A DNA stretch of 64,000 nucleotides from Mobula hypostoma (taxonomy: Eukaryota): NCBI RefSeq assembly GCF_963921235.1, contig NC_086097.1, forward strand, positions 8,308,001 through 8,372,000, read 5' to 3'. Shown here piece by piece: positions 12,801 through 24,574 of the stretch. The translations under genes and the position numbers were made by a program. Numbering within the stretch: position 1 is the first letter of the stretch; each line of letters opens with the position of its first letter. The notes under the pieces were generated by a model, which did not search any database, was not told the DNA's origin, and saw only the letters and a list, made by a program, of their open reading frames with translations.

Positions 12801-15800
12801 ATGTGGAACAGAACAAAATAGAGGAAGTGTCTCTTAAAGCAAAGAATGACAAGGTAATAAGATGAGAAATGTGCCTATCAGCGATCAGCAAATAAAGCAA
12901 CTTGTGAGGGAAAGGGGCCTGTCAAAGATACAAAATGTGGACAACACAAGGACAATACTTCTGGCCTCTCAGCAAAGGATGATGTTAAAATACTGAACGA
13001 GATTAAAGATGAAATGGAAGTATAAGCAAGGTTAGGTGTATCAAAACTGAATAAATCATCCAACAACATGCAAGCTAAATATCTATAGAATTTAACTGGG
13101 AAAATTACAGGGATATTTGGATATTCCTCATGACTTTCTAAAAGGAGACTTACGCTGGATGACTAAGAAATTGCAGATATTAAATATTCACTCAAAAATG
13201 GGATAAAGAGTAACCCAAAGACTACAGATTAGTTGGTTTGACTGTAAATGACCCAGGTGTGTCCATTGATTGACAGACCTAGGACAATGTGTTTGTTCTA
13301 AGTTCCCTGGCAAAATTCCAAGTGAAGGGTTGCAAGGTGGTCCTGCATGTATGCCTGGATCTGGATTGTAAAATAACAAATGATAGGAAATTAGCAGTCA
13401 CATTTTCCAAATGATGTAAAAGTGACCTCGAAGTGTTTGTTATTGAGCTACGGGGAGGGAAAAGATATTATGAATTCCATAGCACGAGACAAACAGGATT
13501 TGGCAATTGGATTTCTAAGAAGATGACTTGGCTATCAACTAGCTTGCATAAAGCATGAAACAAAGGGTTTATTCCAGGAAGGAAAGTGATGCAAAGAAAA
13601 ATGTTTTTCGTAACCTCAGGAAAGTTGTGCAAATAATTGACGTACATATGGTAATATATTTAGTAGGTTCAGCTTAATTAGTTATGGTTGGGCCTTCTCA
13701 GTGACACCTATATCCTGTAAATTCATTTTCAAAAGATGAATTGCTGGTACTTCTGGAAATGTGGTGATTCAGAGATTTGGGTGGAACTGATAAAGAACAA
13801 TTCTTATGTGGTATTTGGTCATGTAAGTCAGAAGCAGGACTTATCTGATAACTAGGTGTGTGATCCTTTTGCTAAAATGGATGTTTTTACCACTTTTACC
13901 ACAAGGTTCCTACTATGTTGTTTCACCATGTTGTTTCCTTTCCTCATGGGTATATGTAGTGTCCAGGGAGGGTAACACCTCTGGCGAAGGGACTTGTCGT
14001 GTCCATTCTGGGGCAGTTCACTCATCTTTGGTCTCCACTAGACACTCATCTCTTACCTGTGGCTCCAAGTAGCTGCCTGCATGTGACAGCAGCCACAACC
14101 TGGTACACCGCTTCATCAGGTGGGCCAAGCCAGGTCAGGATGTCTGGTGAGCCTCACATCCCAGTGAGATGGGGATTTGTCTGTTGTAGCATGCAAAGTC
14201 AGTTCCAGTGGACTGGGTGAGAATGAAATCTACAGAGGGTCAGTTCTGCAATGCTCTATAGAGAACAGAGGGCATGATGAAACACAGAACAAATCCTAGT
14301 TATCCACTACAACCAAGAAAGACCCCAATTTGTGACAGCTACCATTGGACCTAGACATCCAAGCTAGAGAGAGTGGAATTCATTCAGTGCTACAACTTTT
14401 CCACTTTAAAAACTTTCCTGCACAAGTTTCCTGTCACCGTCAGACAACCACCACACCCATATACTTTAAATAGCTTGAAATACAAGCAGGTTTCTTTAAC
14501 TAAAGAAACTCCAATATATCCCCAGAATTTGTTGTCAGTATATTGGAGTTTCTTTGGATAATGAGTCCAGTTTGTGCTTCAAACCATTTAAAGTAAATCC
14601 CTATAACTAAAGTTAAATTAAAACAACACAATGCACTCACATCTAACATGCTGCTTGAAACTAGACAATAGCCCAAGTATTTAGTGCTGCCTTTGCTCGG
14701 AGTTCAAACGTGAATCCCATCAGAGAGGTTGCTCTTCAGTCAGGATTAGTTCACATACCAGGATCAGAAATTATATACAGTGTGATGGACGGCAATACAT
14801 AATCATTTGGTACAGTGAAATTATGTGCTTAGCTTGGAATTATGTTAAGGAAAGGAATGCTTTTATCAAGAGTCAGTAGTATTATATCTTTACCATATAT
14901 TAAGGAAAACAAAGCAAGGTCGTGTTTGTTTTACCAAGGTTGCAACTCAGGCCAGGCAGCTACAGCAGCTGGGTGAGTGAGTGATTCTTTTAAAAATTCT
15001 CTAAATTTAACTCTTTTCTTTCATTATGGCTTTCTTTCCATTAATTGTCTGTTTAGCAAGAACCCTGTTTGTCATCTAACACCAAGGGCATAAATTTAAG
15101 ACAATTGAAGGTGAGTAAAGGAAGATATTTTATTTTTTTTATTTAGCAGAGTGAGCCCTTCCAGACTTTCGAGTCATGCCTCCCCAGCAACCCCCCGACA
15201 AGCCCAACTAACCCTAATCTATTCACAGGACAATTTACCATGACCAATTCACCTACCTGCTAATTCTTTGGATGGTGAAGGGAAACCAGAGCACTGGGGA
15301 GGACTCCTAACAGAACAACGCCGCAATTGAACTCCAAATGCCCGAAAAGTCCCGAGCTGTAAAAGTGTTGTTCTAACTGCTATGTTACCGTGGCGCTGTC
15401 AGATGTGGGTTTTTTACACACAGAAAGGCGGGTGAGCGAAATGCACTGCTGTGGTGGTGGCAGAGACAGATTCTTCAGGGGTACCTAAGAAACTTAGACA
15501 GGTTAATCATCATGTGGAAGGGAAAGGTTAGATTAAATGTGGAGTAGGTTAGAAGGTCAGCACAATATCATGTGCCAAACGGGCTCTATCGTGCTGTTCT
15601 ATATTCTATAGTCTGGGAAAACAAGTGTCAGATTTTCCATAGGTGTCTTCTCTGTCATTTTAAATGACCTTGATATGCTTTATACTTTATCTATTTAAAA
15701 TGGCACGCTTCAAAAATAATTTATTGAATCCCTCTTTGTCATTTGTAAAAGCATTATGAATCTCCCTAGAAGGTGATGCTTCCCCCTCCCTTTCTGGACT

Positions 15801-16422
15801 ACGTATCTCATCATCACCATTGTTATGTGCCGTGTCATATGACATGGGTGATCTATGACCGCGATTGTTCTTGGCAAAATAAAACCTACAGTATTGTAAT
15901 TTATAGCTTTTATTATTATGCCTTGCACTGTACTGCTTTTGCAAGACAACAATTTTCACAATATATGCTAGGGAACCTGATTCTGACATTACACAGTAAG
16001 TGCATATATTGCATAAATGTCCTTACTCTAGCCATTGGTAATACAGAGAATACCAAGGAACGCAGAGCGACATAGAAAGTTGCTGGACCATGAATCATTT
16101 GCCTGTTCAATATGCAGTGCAGCTGTGCAGATGGCAAACTACACCTTTACATGAATCCATCATGGCAAAACTTGGTACACTGAAACTTTTTCTTCATCTT
16201 CAGAAATGGCTCGTCAAGGACTCTGACTTTTTTATGCTAAAATGTTCTGTTGCAAGAGCAGAGCCACTTGCTTCCATATTCCCAAGGTTTAATATTGAAA
16301 TGAAATAAGGTCTTTAGCAATTCGATCAAATGGTTCTCAAATGACAAGAGAAAGCTTTCTCTGGGTGCTGTACATAATCATTAACTAAAGCTTACGTTTA
16401 TTAATCAAGTATAGTAGGCAGA

Positions 16423-17035
16423 AATACACACAAAATGCTGGTGGAACGCAGCAGGCCAAACAGCATCCGTAGGAAGAAGCACAGTCGACGTTTCGGGCCA
16501 AGACCCTTCGTCAGGACCAACTAAAAGAAGAGATAGTAAGAGATTTGAAAGTGGGAGCGGGAGGGGGAGATCCAAAATGATAGGAGAAGATAGAGCTAAG
16601 AGCTGGAAAGTTGATTGGCAGAAGTGATATGAGTGGATCATGGGATGGGAGGCCTAGGGAGAAAGAAAGGGGGAGGGGAGCACCAGAGGAAGGTGAAGAG
16701 CAGGCAAGGAGTTATGGTGAGAGGGAGAGAGAGAGAAAAGAGAGAGAGTAAAAAAGGGAAAAAAAATAATAAATAAATAAAGGTTGGGGTTGAAGGCTAC
16801 CCAGATGGAATATAAGATGTTGTTCCACCAACCTGAGTGTGGCTTCATCTTGACAGTAGAGGAGGCCGTGGATAGACATATCAGAATGGGAATGGGACGT
16901 GGAATTAAAATGTGTGGCTACTGGGAGATCCTGCTTTCTCTGGCGGACAGAGCGTAGGTGCTCAGCGAAACGGTCTCCCAGTCTGCGTCGGGTCTCACCA
17001 ATATATAGAAGGCACACCGGGAGCACCGGACATAG
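16423..17035 (-). mobile_element. Penelope-like element 3' part: GIY-YIG endonuclease remnant plus terminal repeat
   Basis: ORF 16712-17026 LLYIGETRRRLGDRFAEHLRSV..PVATHFN..HSHSDM..EQHLIFHLGSLQP is the PLE GIY-YIG domain; followed by a pyrimidine tract, hammerhead motif and tail. Confidence 0.92.
16483..16518 (-). ncRNA. Minimal type I hammerhead ribozyme motif (intact core)
   Basis: Reverse complement GGTC-CTGACGA-A-GGGTCTTGGCCC-GAAA-CGTC-GACT: stem I GGUC/GACU, CUGANGA, stem II, GAAA, GUC triplet. Confidence 0.8.
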
Positions 17036-17327
17036 TATATAATAGGCAGGAATTTCTGTTTCAGCTTTATAAAACCCTAGTTAGGCCACAGCTGGAGTAC
17101 AGCATGCAGTTCTGGTCACTCCATTTTAGGAAGGATGTTGGAGAGGGTGCAGAAGACGCTTACCAGGATGCTGCCTGGATTAGAAGGCATGTGCTATAAC
17201 GAGAGGTTGGACAAACTAAGGATTGTTTTCTCTGGAGTGGTGGGGACTGAGTGGGACTCTGATGGAGGTTTATTACATTGTGAGAGACATGGACCGAGTC
17301 AGTCGACAGTTAGTATCTTTAGCCAAG

Positions 17328-17527
17328 GGCCGGCTGGTGGTGCAGTGGCATTAGCACTGGACTTCAATACAGATGGTCCTGAGTTTAAACCAGCACAGCA
17401 GCAGTATCTGCGCAGAAGAAAGGCCTGGCAATCTACTTCCGCATCTGGCCATGAAAACCCTATTGACCCTATGGTCCATGAGGTCACCAAGAGTCCAATT
17501 TGACTTAACAACCGAACAACAACAACA
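17328..17527 (+). mobile_element. tRNA-derived SINE with RTE/BovB-like 3' end and (CAA)n tail
   Basis: A box TGGTGCAGTGG, B-box-like GAGTTTAAACC; TSD ATCTTTAGCCAAG (17315-17327) / ATCTTTATCCAAG (17528-17540). Confidence 0.82.
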
Positions 17528-17695
17528 ATCTTTATCCAAGCTTTGGAAAGTCTAATACCAGGGAGCATGCATTTAAGATGAGAAGGGGTAATTTCAAAGA
17601 AGATGTGAGGGGCAAGTTTTTTCTTACACAGAGAGGTGGGTGTCTGGAATGTGCTGCCTGGGGTGGTGGTAGAGGCAAATACACTAGAGGCTTTT

Positions 17696-18985
17696 ACAAT
17701 AGACAATAGGTGCAGGAGTAGGCCATTTGGCCCTTCGATCCAGCACCGCCATTCATTGTGATCATGGCTGATCATCCACAATCAGTATCCAGTTCCTGTC
17801 TTATCCCCATAACCTTTGATTCCGCTATCTTTAAGAGCTCTATCCATCTCTTTCTTGAAAGCATCCAGAGACTTGGCCTCCACAGCCTTCTGGGGCAGAG
17901 CATTCCATATATCCACCACTCTCTGGGTGAAAAAGTTTTTCTTCAACTCCGTTCTAAATGGCCTACCCCTTATTCTTAAACTGTGGCCTCTGGTTCTGGA
18001 CTCACCCATCAGCGGGAACATGCTTCCTGCCTCCAGCGTGTCCAATCCCTTAATAATCTTATATGTTTCAATAAGATCCCCTCTCAGCCTTCTAAATTCC
18101 AGTGTATACAAGCCCAGTCGCTCCGATCTTTCAACATATGACAGTCTCGCCATCCCGGGAATTAGCCTTGTGGACCTACGCTGCACTCCCTCAATAGCAA
18201 GAATGTCCTTCCTCAAATTTGCAGAGCAAAACTGAACACGGTACTCGAGGTGTGGTCTCACCAGTGCCCTGTACAGCTGCAGAAGGACCTCTTTGCTCTT
18301 ATACTCAATTCCCCTTGTTATGAAGGCCAACATGCCATTAGCTTTCTTCACTGCCTGCTGTACTTGCATGCTTGCTTTCAGTGACTGATGTACAAGAACA
18401 CCTAGATCTCGTTGTGCTTCCCCTTTTCCTAACTTGACTCCATTTAGATAATAATCTGCTTTCCTGTTCTTACCACCAAAGTGGATAACCTCACATTTCT
18501 CCACATTAAACTGCATCTGCCATGCATCTGCCCACTCACCCAGCCTGTCCAAGTCACCCTGCATTCTCATAACATCCTCCTAATATTACTTTTAATTCCC
18601 TCATTTAAATCATTAATATATATATATTGTAAACAGCTGCTGTCCCAGCACTGAACCCTGCGGTACCCCACTGGTCACCGCCTGCCATTCCAAAAGGGAC
18701 CCGTTAATCGCTACTCTTTGTTTTCGGTCAGCCAGCCAATTTTCAATCCATGTCAGTACTCTGCCCCCAATACCATGTGCCCTAATTTTGCCCACTAATC
18801 TCCTATGTGGGACTTTATCAAAGGCTTTCTGAAAGTCCAGGTACACAACATCCACTGGCTCTCCCTTGTCCATTTTCATAGTTACATCCTCAAAAAACTC
18901 CAGACGATTAGTCAAGCACGATTTCCCCTTTGTAAATCCATGCTGACTTGGACCAATCCTGTTACTGCTATCCAGATGTGTCGTA
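17696..18985 (-). mobile_element. Relatively young 5'-truncated CR1/HER1-type LINE (RT region, FADD motif deleted)
   Basis: ORFs 18613-18915 (YLDFQKAFDKVPH..SGVPQGSVLG) and 17782-18570 (262 aa RT C-terminus). Confidence 0.95.
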
Positions 18986-20139
18986 AAACTTGTTTAGATA
19001 GACACATGAATGTGAACAAAATGGAGGAATTGGACGTTGTGTAGGCAGAAGGGATTGGTTTAGTTGGCTACTTGATTACTAATTTAATTGGGTCAGCACA
19101 ACACTGTGGGCCGAAAGGCCTGTTCCTGTACTGTTCTGTTCTATGTACTATGTTCTAAATCGGTAAGATTCTGTTATCCCAACTGACAGAGTGTAAGTTA
19201 ACCAGCTTGTCTTTCAAGGATGATATATTGATATGAACTTGTCAGAATGACACAAGAGCTCCTTCAGGCAATCACCAGTCATTGTCCACAAGAGTAAACC
19301 TGTAGTTACACCTCTAACAGGAAGAGCTTTAGACCTGGGATTCAGCCTAATGCTTCCAATATAAGTACACTTGTATTAAGTGAGTTAATTGGAGAATATT
19401 CCTCCGACCTGCATCACCCTGCAACCCTCAACAACCCCAATTTAAACCTAATCTGCTCACAGGACAAATTACGAGGAGACGGTTTCATATAATTATAAAA
19501 TATTGTAAAATGGAATTGTAAATGACGTTGGGGGAGGATTGGGGTGGGAGTGGGTCATTCAGCTCTCTGTGTTTGATATTGTTGGAAAAGCTACCATCTT
19601 CATCCCATCTTTCAGCAGGATTCCCGCAGGCACAATTTATAAAAATTTATTTAGATATACAACACAGAACCAGCCATTCCGTCCCGAAGAGCCTCACCAC
19701 CCAGTAGACCACCAATTTAACTCTAGTTTTATCACAGGACAATTTACAATGAACAATGAACCTACCTCTGGAAGAAAACCAGAGGAGCCTGAGGAAGCAC
19801 ACACATTGCGCAGGGAATACGTACAGGCTCCTTACAGAGGGCATCAAGATTGATCTCTGAGCTCCGATGCCCTGTGCTGTAATAGTGTCATGCTGACCGC
19901 TACACTACTGTGGCACCAATTTGTCTCCAGCTTGCTACACTCTAAGCATCAGACCTAAATGTTGTTGAATTGACCATAATGCTAGATGTCAATTTCTCAA
20001 TTGACCCAGAAGTCCTGAGGGTAATCCCAACAGAGAGAAAAAACATTTGTACATTGCATGCCACAGTTGAAAGCAAGCCCAATAGCTTGTAAAAACAGAG
20101 TTGTGAAGGCCAATAGCCTGCACAGAAATGACTAATGTA

Positions 20140-20436
20140 CAAACACAAGAAAATCTGCTGATGCTGGAAATCCAGAGCAACACACGTAAAATGCTGGGAG
20201 AACTCAGCAACACACATCAGAGTTGCTGGTGAACACAGCAGGCCAGGCAGCATCTCTAGGAAGAGGTTCACCAGCAATTTTGATGTGTGTAAACTGTTGA
20301 GGTTTTTGGTCAAGGCCTTTCATTCAGGCGTCTCACGTCCCTTTCCCACCCCCCCACCCTTCTCAGGTCACAGCCTGAAATATCAACTGTTTACTTTTTT
20401 CATTAGATCTGCTGAGTTCCTCCAGCATTTTGTGTG
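20140..20436. mobile_element. Penelope-derived inverted terminal-repeat insertion with a nested second inverted copy
   Basis: TSD AATGACTAATGTA at 20127-20139 and 20437-20449; inner inverted arms 20210-20234 / 20266-20290. Confidence 0.8.
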
Positions 20437-21214
20437 AATGACTAATGTAGTTGTTCACAGTTAAATTGACAGGGAGTTAACAATGATTTTATCTCCAGGG
20501 CACTAGGGCCTCAGGGATAGTAATCCAGTCTGGTGTCTCATGTTAAGCAACCTGACTGGGATTGAACATGTGGGAGTGATCGCAATGGGTTGTCACACAG
20601 CATTCTGAGTCAGAGACCAAGAACACGATTCAGTCCCAACAATCTCTAAATATTATGTGTGCTTTTACAAAGTTATCTTCAGATATGATAATGTTGGTCT
20701 AATTACAGCAAGAGCAGTAAAGGTTCTAAGAGCAACTGTTTCTGACTGTCATTCCTGTGGATGTAAGAATGATTCATATCATCACCTTAATGCATACTGC
20801 TAGAGTTTAAATCCATTTAGTGTCCTGCTGTATCTCTCGTAAGGAGCACTCGGCCTTTCCGACTTTCTCACAGACACATCAGTTTCACAATTCTCATGCT
20901 CTTGCTCATTGAACTTCATCTGTTATCATAGACGTGTGCTTGAAGGAGTGCTGTGTAAAACATTTTCTGTCAGGGGTATCTCGAACAGAAAGATGTACAG
21001 ATCAAAAAAAAAATGGACCAACTCATTTCTTATTTCTTCCTTTTTGCCATCAGAAGAAAAGAAAGAGACAGTCAATATTTGCTTGTCAACACCTCCCCAT
21101 CCTTGGGAAATACCACATGTATATTTTTAGGCATCCTTGTTGAAGATCGCTGTACATATAACTTCCCTGCAAGAGGACATGAAGAGATGATCTGATTAAA
21201 TCAGTCGGTATTAC

Positions 21215-23020
21215 CAGGGCCGGATTTAGTGGGGCCAGGGCCTCTGGGCTGAAGACCCTGATGGGCCCCTGCCGACACCGTAAAATGCTGCTGTACCAAG
21301 CAAAAAAAGGCAAGAACAAGAGCAAAGGTTGTACTGGTCTAAATATCAAAGCTGTGGACCAAGACATTGGTTTAGTACAATACACAGGCTATAAACTTAC
21401 AGGCCTTAAGAGGGAGGACAGAAAGTAATGCAGATTCTTAGTTTGAAGGACAGCATCTAAAGCACTCAAAGATTGACCTAGGCTTAGTTGGCTTAGTAAA
21501 GTTACGAGGGAGACGAAGTATGATGTACCCAATCTTAAATCTTTATTTAGCTATTGCTGCACATACCATGGGCCTTATTTCTCAAACAATGCCAAAGCAT
21601 TTTTATCCGGTATTTTTCTCAGCTGTGTGTTCTGAGAATGTAAAATGGAAATGAGAGACAAAAAAGGTCAAGAGAGATGGCACTATGGCAAACTAGGAAA
21701 CTTGACAATACTCCAACAATCTTTTTGAAAAATGAGATCTGGCACATATTAACCTATTGCTGCACTGTGTGGCTTGCAGAGTAAAGACCACTTCTTACTT
21801 ACTAAGTTTGTAAACAGTCAACTATTAGCCTATTGCCACAAAAACAGGAACAGCACTGACACATAAGCCTAGATGTTTACAAAGTCAGATGCTTGTTTTT
21901 TAAAATTAAAGCCTAGTTCTTCTGGATTTCTTCACAGCAAAGTCCTTGATCAGATCACTAAAATCCAGTTTCTGAAAAAGATCACTTTCAAGTGACATCA
22001 GAGTAATATGATTCAGCCTGTCCTGTCCCATTGTGGATCTGAGCCTATGTAGTTGCCGTTATCAGGCCTGCCAAATATGTCACTGGAGCCTCGGATAGCC
22101 AGTCCCCTCTCGACCAAGAACTTCACAACCACCACCACTCTTCTCAATACGTCGGTCCAGTAGACACACTCAGATTCAAACTGTTTTTGCAGTTCTATAT
22201 CTAATCTTCTGTTGTCAGACACTAGTATAACGTTGGTCAGTATTCGTTTTCCTGTAGTGTTCGCTATTTTCATGCTCTCCTATGTGTTCAGCGGCATGTT
22301 TCCAGTCGCTAAAGCCAGTTTCAAAGATGGACTAACAGTTACCATCACTGAAGATGTAGCATGCAAAACAAAACACACAGCCGGTGGAAGGGGAATATAA
22401 GAGCCATTGCCTTGATATTGTACAAGCTTGCGTTTGAAGTGAAATTTGGAGAACAAATGTCTTTGCTGTTTGTATACTTGTTCCAAAGCTTTGATATCCA
22501 CCTCCTCATTCTGGCAGGACTCCAGCCCCTTTCTTAGCCCAGTATGCTCGGACTGAATCATCTAACGTTTCCCTTCCCCAGCGAGCAGGATCAGTGCTGT
22601 AAGGATCCTCAGTAGCGGTAACATTAACATTAATGGTGGCCCGACTTGGTTGTTTGGAGGCCTCTGTGGTACGGAATCCCAAAATCATGCTCTCTGCCTC
22701 TTCAACGTTAGCTGCTGTCTGTGGCAAGGACGGTGGTCCTGTGCTAAGGCTGGTGCTAGTGCTAGCTGTTGAACAAGTCTCTATTTATCCACCGGTCTCA
22801 GACTGTGACAAGGGCGATGGTACTGCTGCATCATCGAGAACAGGTTTAAAAAATCCTGTCAATTGCAATGTCTTTTTTAATGCTTCTTTCTCACGGTCCT
22901 CTTTTTCTTGTTTCTTTTCTGTGCTCCACTCTCGTATTTTTTTTTGTCCACCATGATGATAGCTCCCTATTTCAGGCCCTTCTGCAGCTCGGCTGTGAGA
23001 CTAATAAACACCCTGCCACC
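21215..23020 (-). mobile_element. hAT (Tip100/ZMYM1-like) DNA transposon, internally deleted transposase pseudogene
   Basis: Terminus CAGGGCCGGATTTAG at 21215; YWTDVLRRVVVVVKFLVERGLAIRG..DNGNY (DUF4371-like) at 22013-22273; TTF-zinc-finger-like CFACYIF near 22345-22400; hATC-like C-terminus LESDLFQKLDFSDLIKDFA near 21915-22010. Confidence 0.85.
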
Positions 23021-23194
23021 ACTAATTAACTACCTTAAAATAGCTTCCATAATGATCTGTAACAATTTTTTTAGCAAATATTCTCAGAGAAAGTGGGTGA
23101 TTTTGCAAATTTTTTGTTTTACAATGGATACAAGAAGTTCACATGGACAGTGCCTGATACATGTAGGAAGATCTGTGTCTGAGAAAGGGAACAG

Positions 23195-23642
23195 GTAGAT
23201 GTGCAGGACTTTGCAAAAGTCTAAGGCACATATACATAGCCAGAGTGCCTAAGATTTTGCATAGCACGGTATTTGACAACATGCTGCAGAGAGCGAGTTT
23301 ATAAATCTGGTGGGAGCAAAGGGTTTTGGTGAGAGTTGAGCATCTTGAGAGGGTATGAGACAGTTGGCAAAGAACCAGTCCCAGGGCACAGGGTAGTGCA
23401 GGTGCAGACACACCCAGCCCTGAGACACCAGGTAAGGTCATCTGATTCCAAACAATCAGCTTATTGATTGTTACAGAATGGCCCTCTGGTGCTTCCTGCT
23501 CCCTCCCCTCTCCCTTCCCATTCTCAGTCCACAATAGAGACCTATATCATAATCAGATTCATCATCACTCACATACGTCATGATTTTTTTTGCGGCTGCG
23601 GAATAATGCAATACTTAAAATTACTACAGTACTGTGCAAATG
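23195..23642 (-). mobile_element. Non-autonomous Tc1-like element (inverted homolog at 52425-53000)
   Basis: Repeated TACAGTACTGTGCAAAAGTCTTAGGCAC-like TIR motifs; body is the reverse complement of 52560-52990. Confidence 0.7.
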
Positions 23643-24574
23643 ACTGTATTTGAAGAAGGGATTTGGATAACATCTATATACCATCAATCTACAGACCATG
23701 GCATGAAGGGACTAGGGCTAGGTCACTCTTCACTCATTGTCACCATTATGTGCTGTGTCATACGATGTGGGTGATCAGGGTCTGTCCACGACCATCATTG
23801 TCCTTGGCAAATACTTCTACAGAAGTGGTTTTCCATTGCCTTCTTCTGGGCAGTGTCTTTACAAGACGGGTGACCTGAACTATTATCAATACTCTTCAGC
23901 GATTGTCTGCCTGGCGTCAGTGGTCGCATAAGCAGGACTTGCGACATGCATCAGCTGCTCATACGACCATCCATTGCTACTCCTATGGCTTCACATGACC
24001 CTGATCGGGGGGGGGGGCGCAAAGCAGGTGCTACATCTTGCTCAAGAGTGGCCAGCAGGCTAGCAGAGGGAAGGAGCACCTTACACCTCCTTTGTAGAGA
24101 TGAATCTCCACCCCACCACCCTGCAATATTATTATTTTTTATAAATAATTTTGCAGTAACCATATGCTTTCTGCTGTCATAGTCCTTTGTGCTGTGTGTG
24201 TGACTGTTTGTCCTGTGCTTTGCACCCTGTTCCTGGAGGAAAGTTGCTTCATTAGGCTCTGTTTTTGTGTATGGTTGATGACAATTAAACTTAGTGAGAC
24301 TTCTCACAAAAAGTTTCGTCACTAGGTAAGTGACCGAGCTGACCAAGGCAACATGTTACATGGATGGAGGTTTGACTAACAGGCAGGAAGCAAGAAGTAA
24401 AGCAAAGTGGATGATTCTTATTTTGCACTTTGAGACTACTGGAGTACTATAAGAATCAATATGGAGGCCTCAGCTGGTTCGGAAATATTGTAAAACTTGG
24501 AGGAAAAAGTGGAGGTATGATAACCAAATTTAAGGACAATGGAAAAATAGGTGGGGGAAGGTTCAAAAGATCAA

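Larger units (their letters stand above)
17040..19157 (+). mobile_element. CR1-type LINE 3' fragment split by a SINE (17328-17527) and a younger CR1 (17696-18985)
   Basis: QLYKTLVRPQLEYSMQFWS / LERVQKTLTRMLPGLEG; host sequence resumes at ~18985 and ends in a 'ttctatgtactatgttcta' tail. Confidence 0.8.

Noticed and set aside
17816..18235. Long antisense ORFs over LINE RT regions (also 46818-47099, 36782-37060, 60330-60703)
   Set aside because: Shadow ORFs caused by the codon structure of the sense RT frame.
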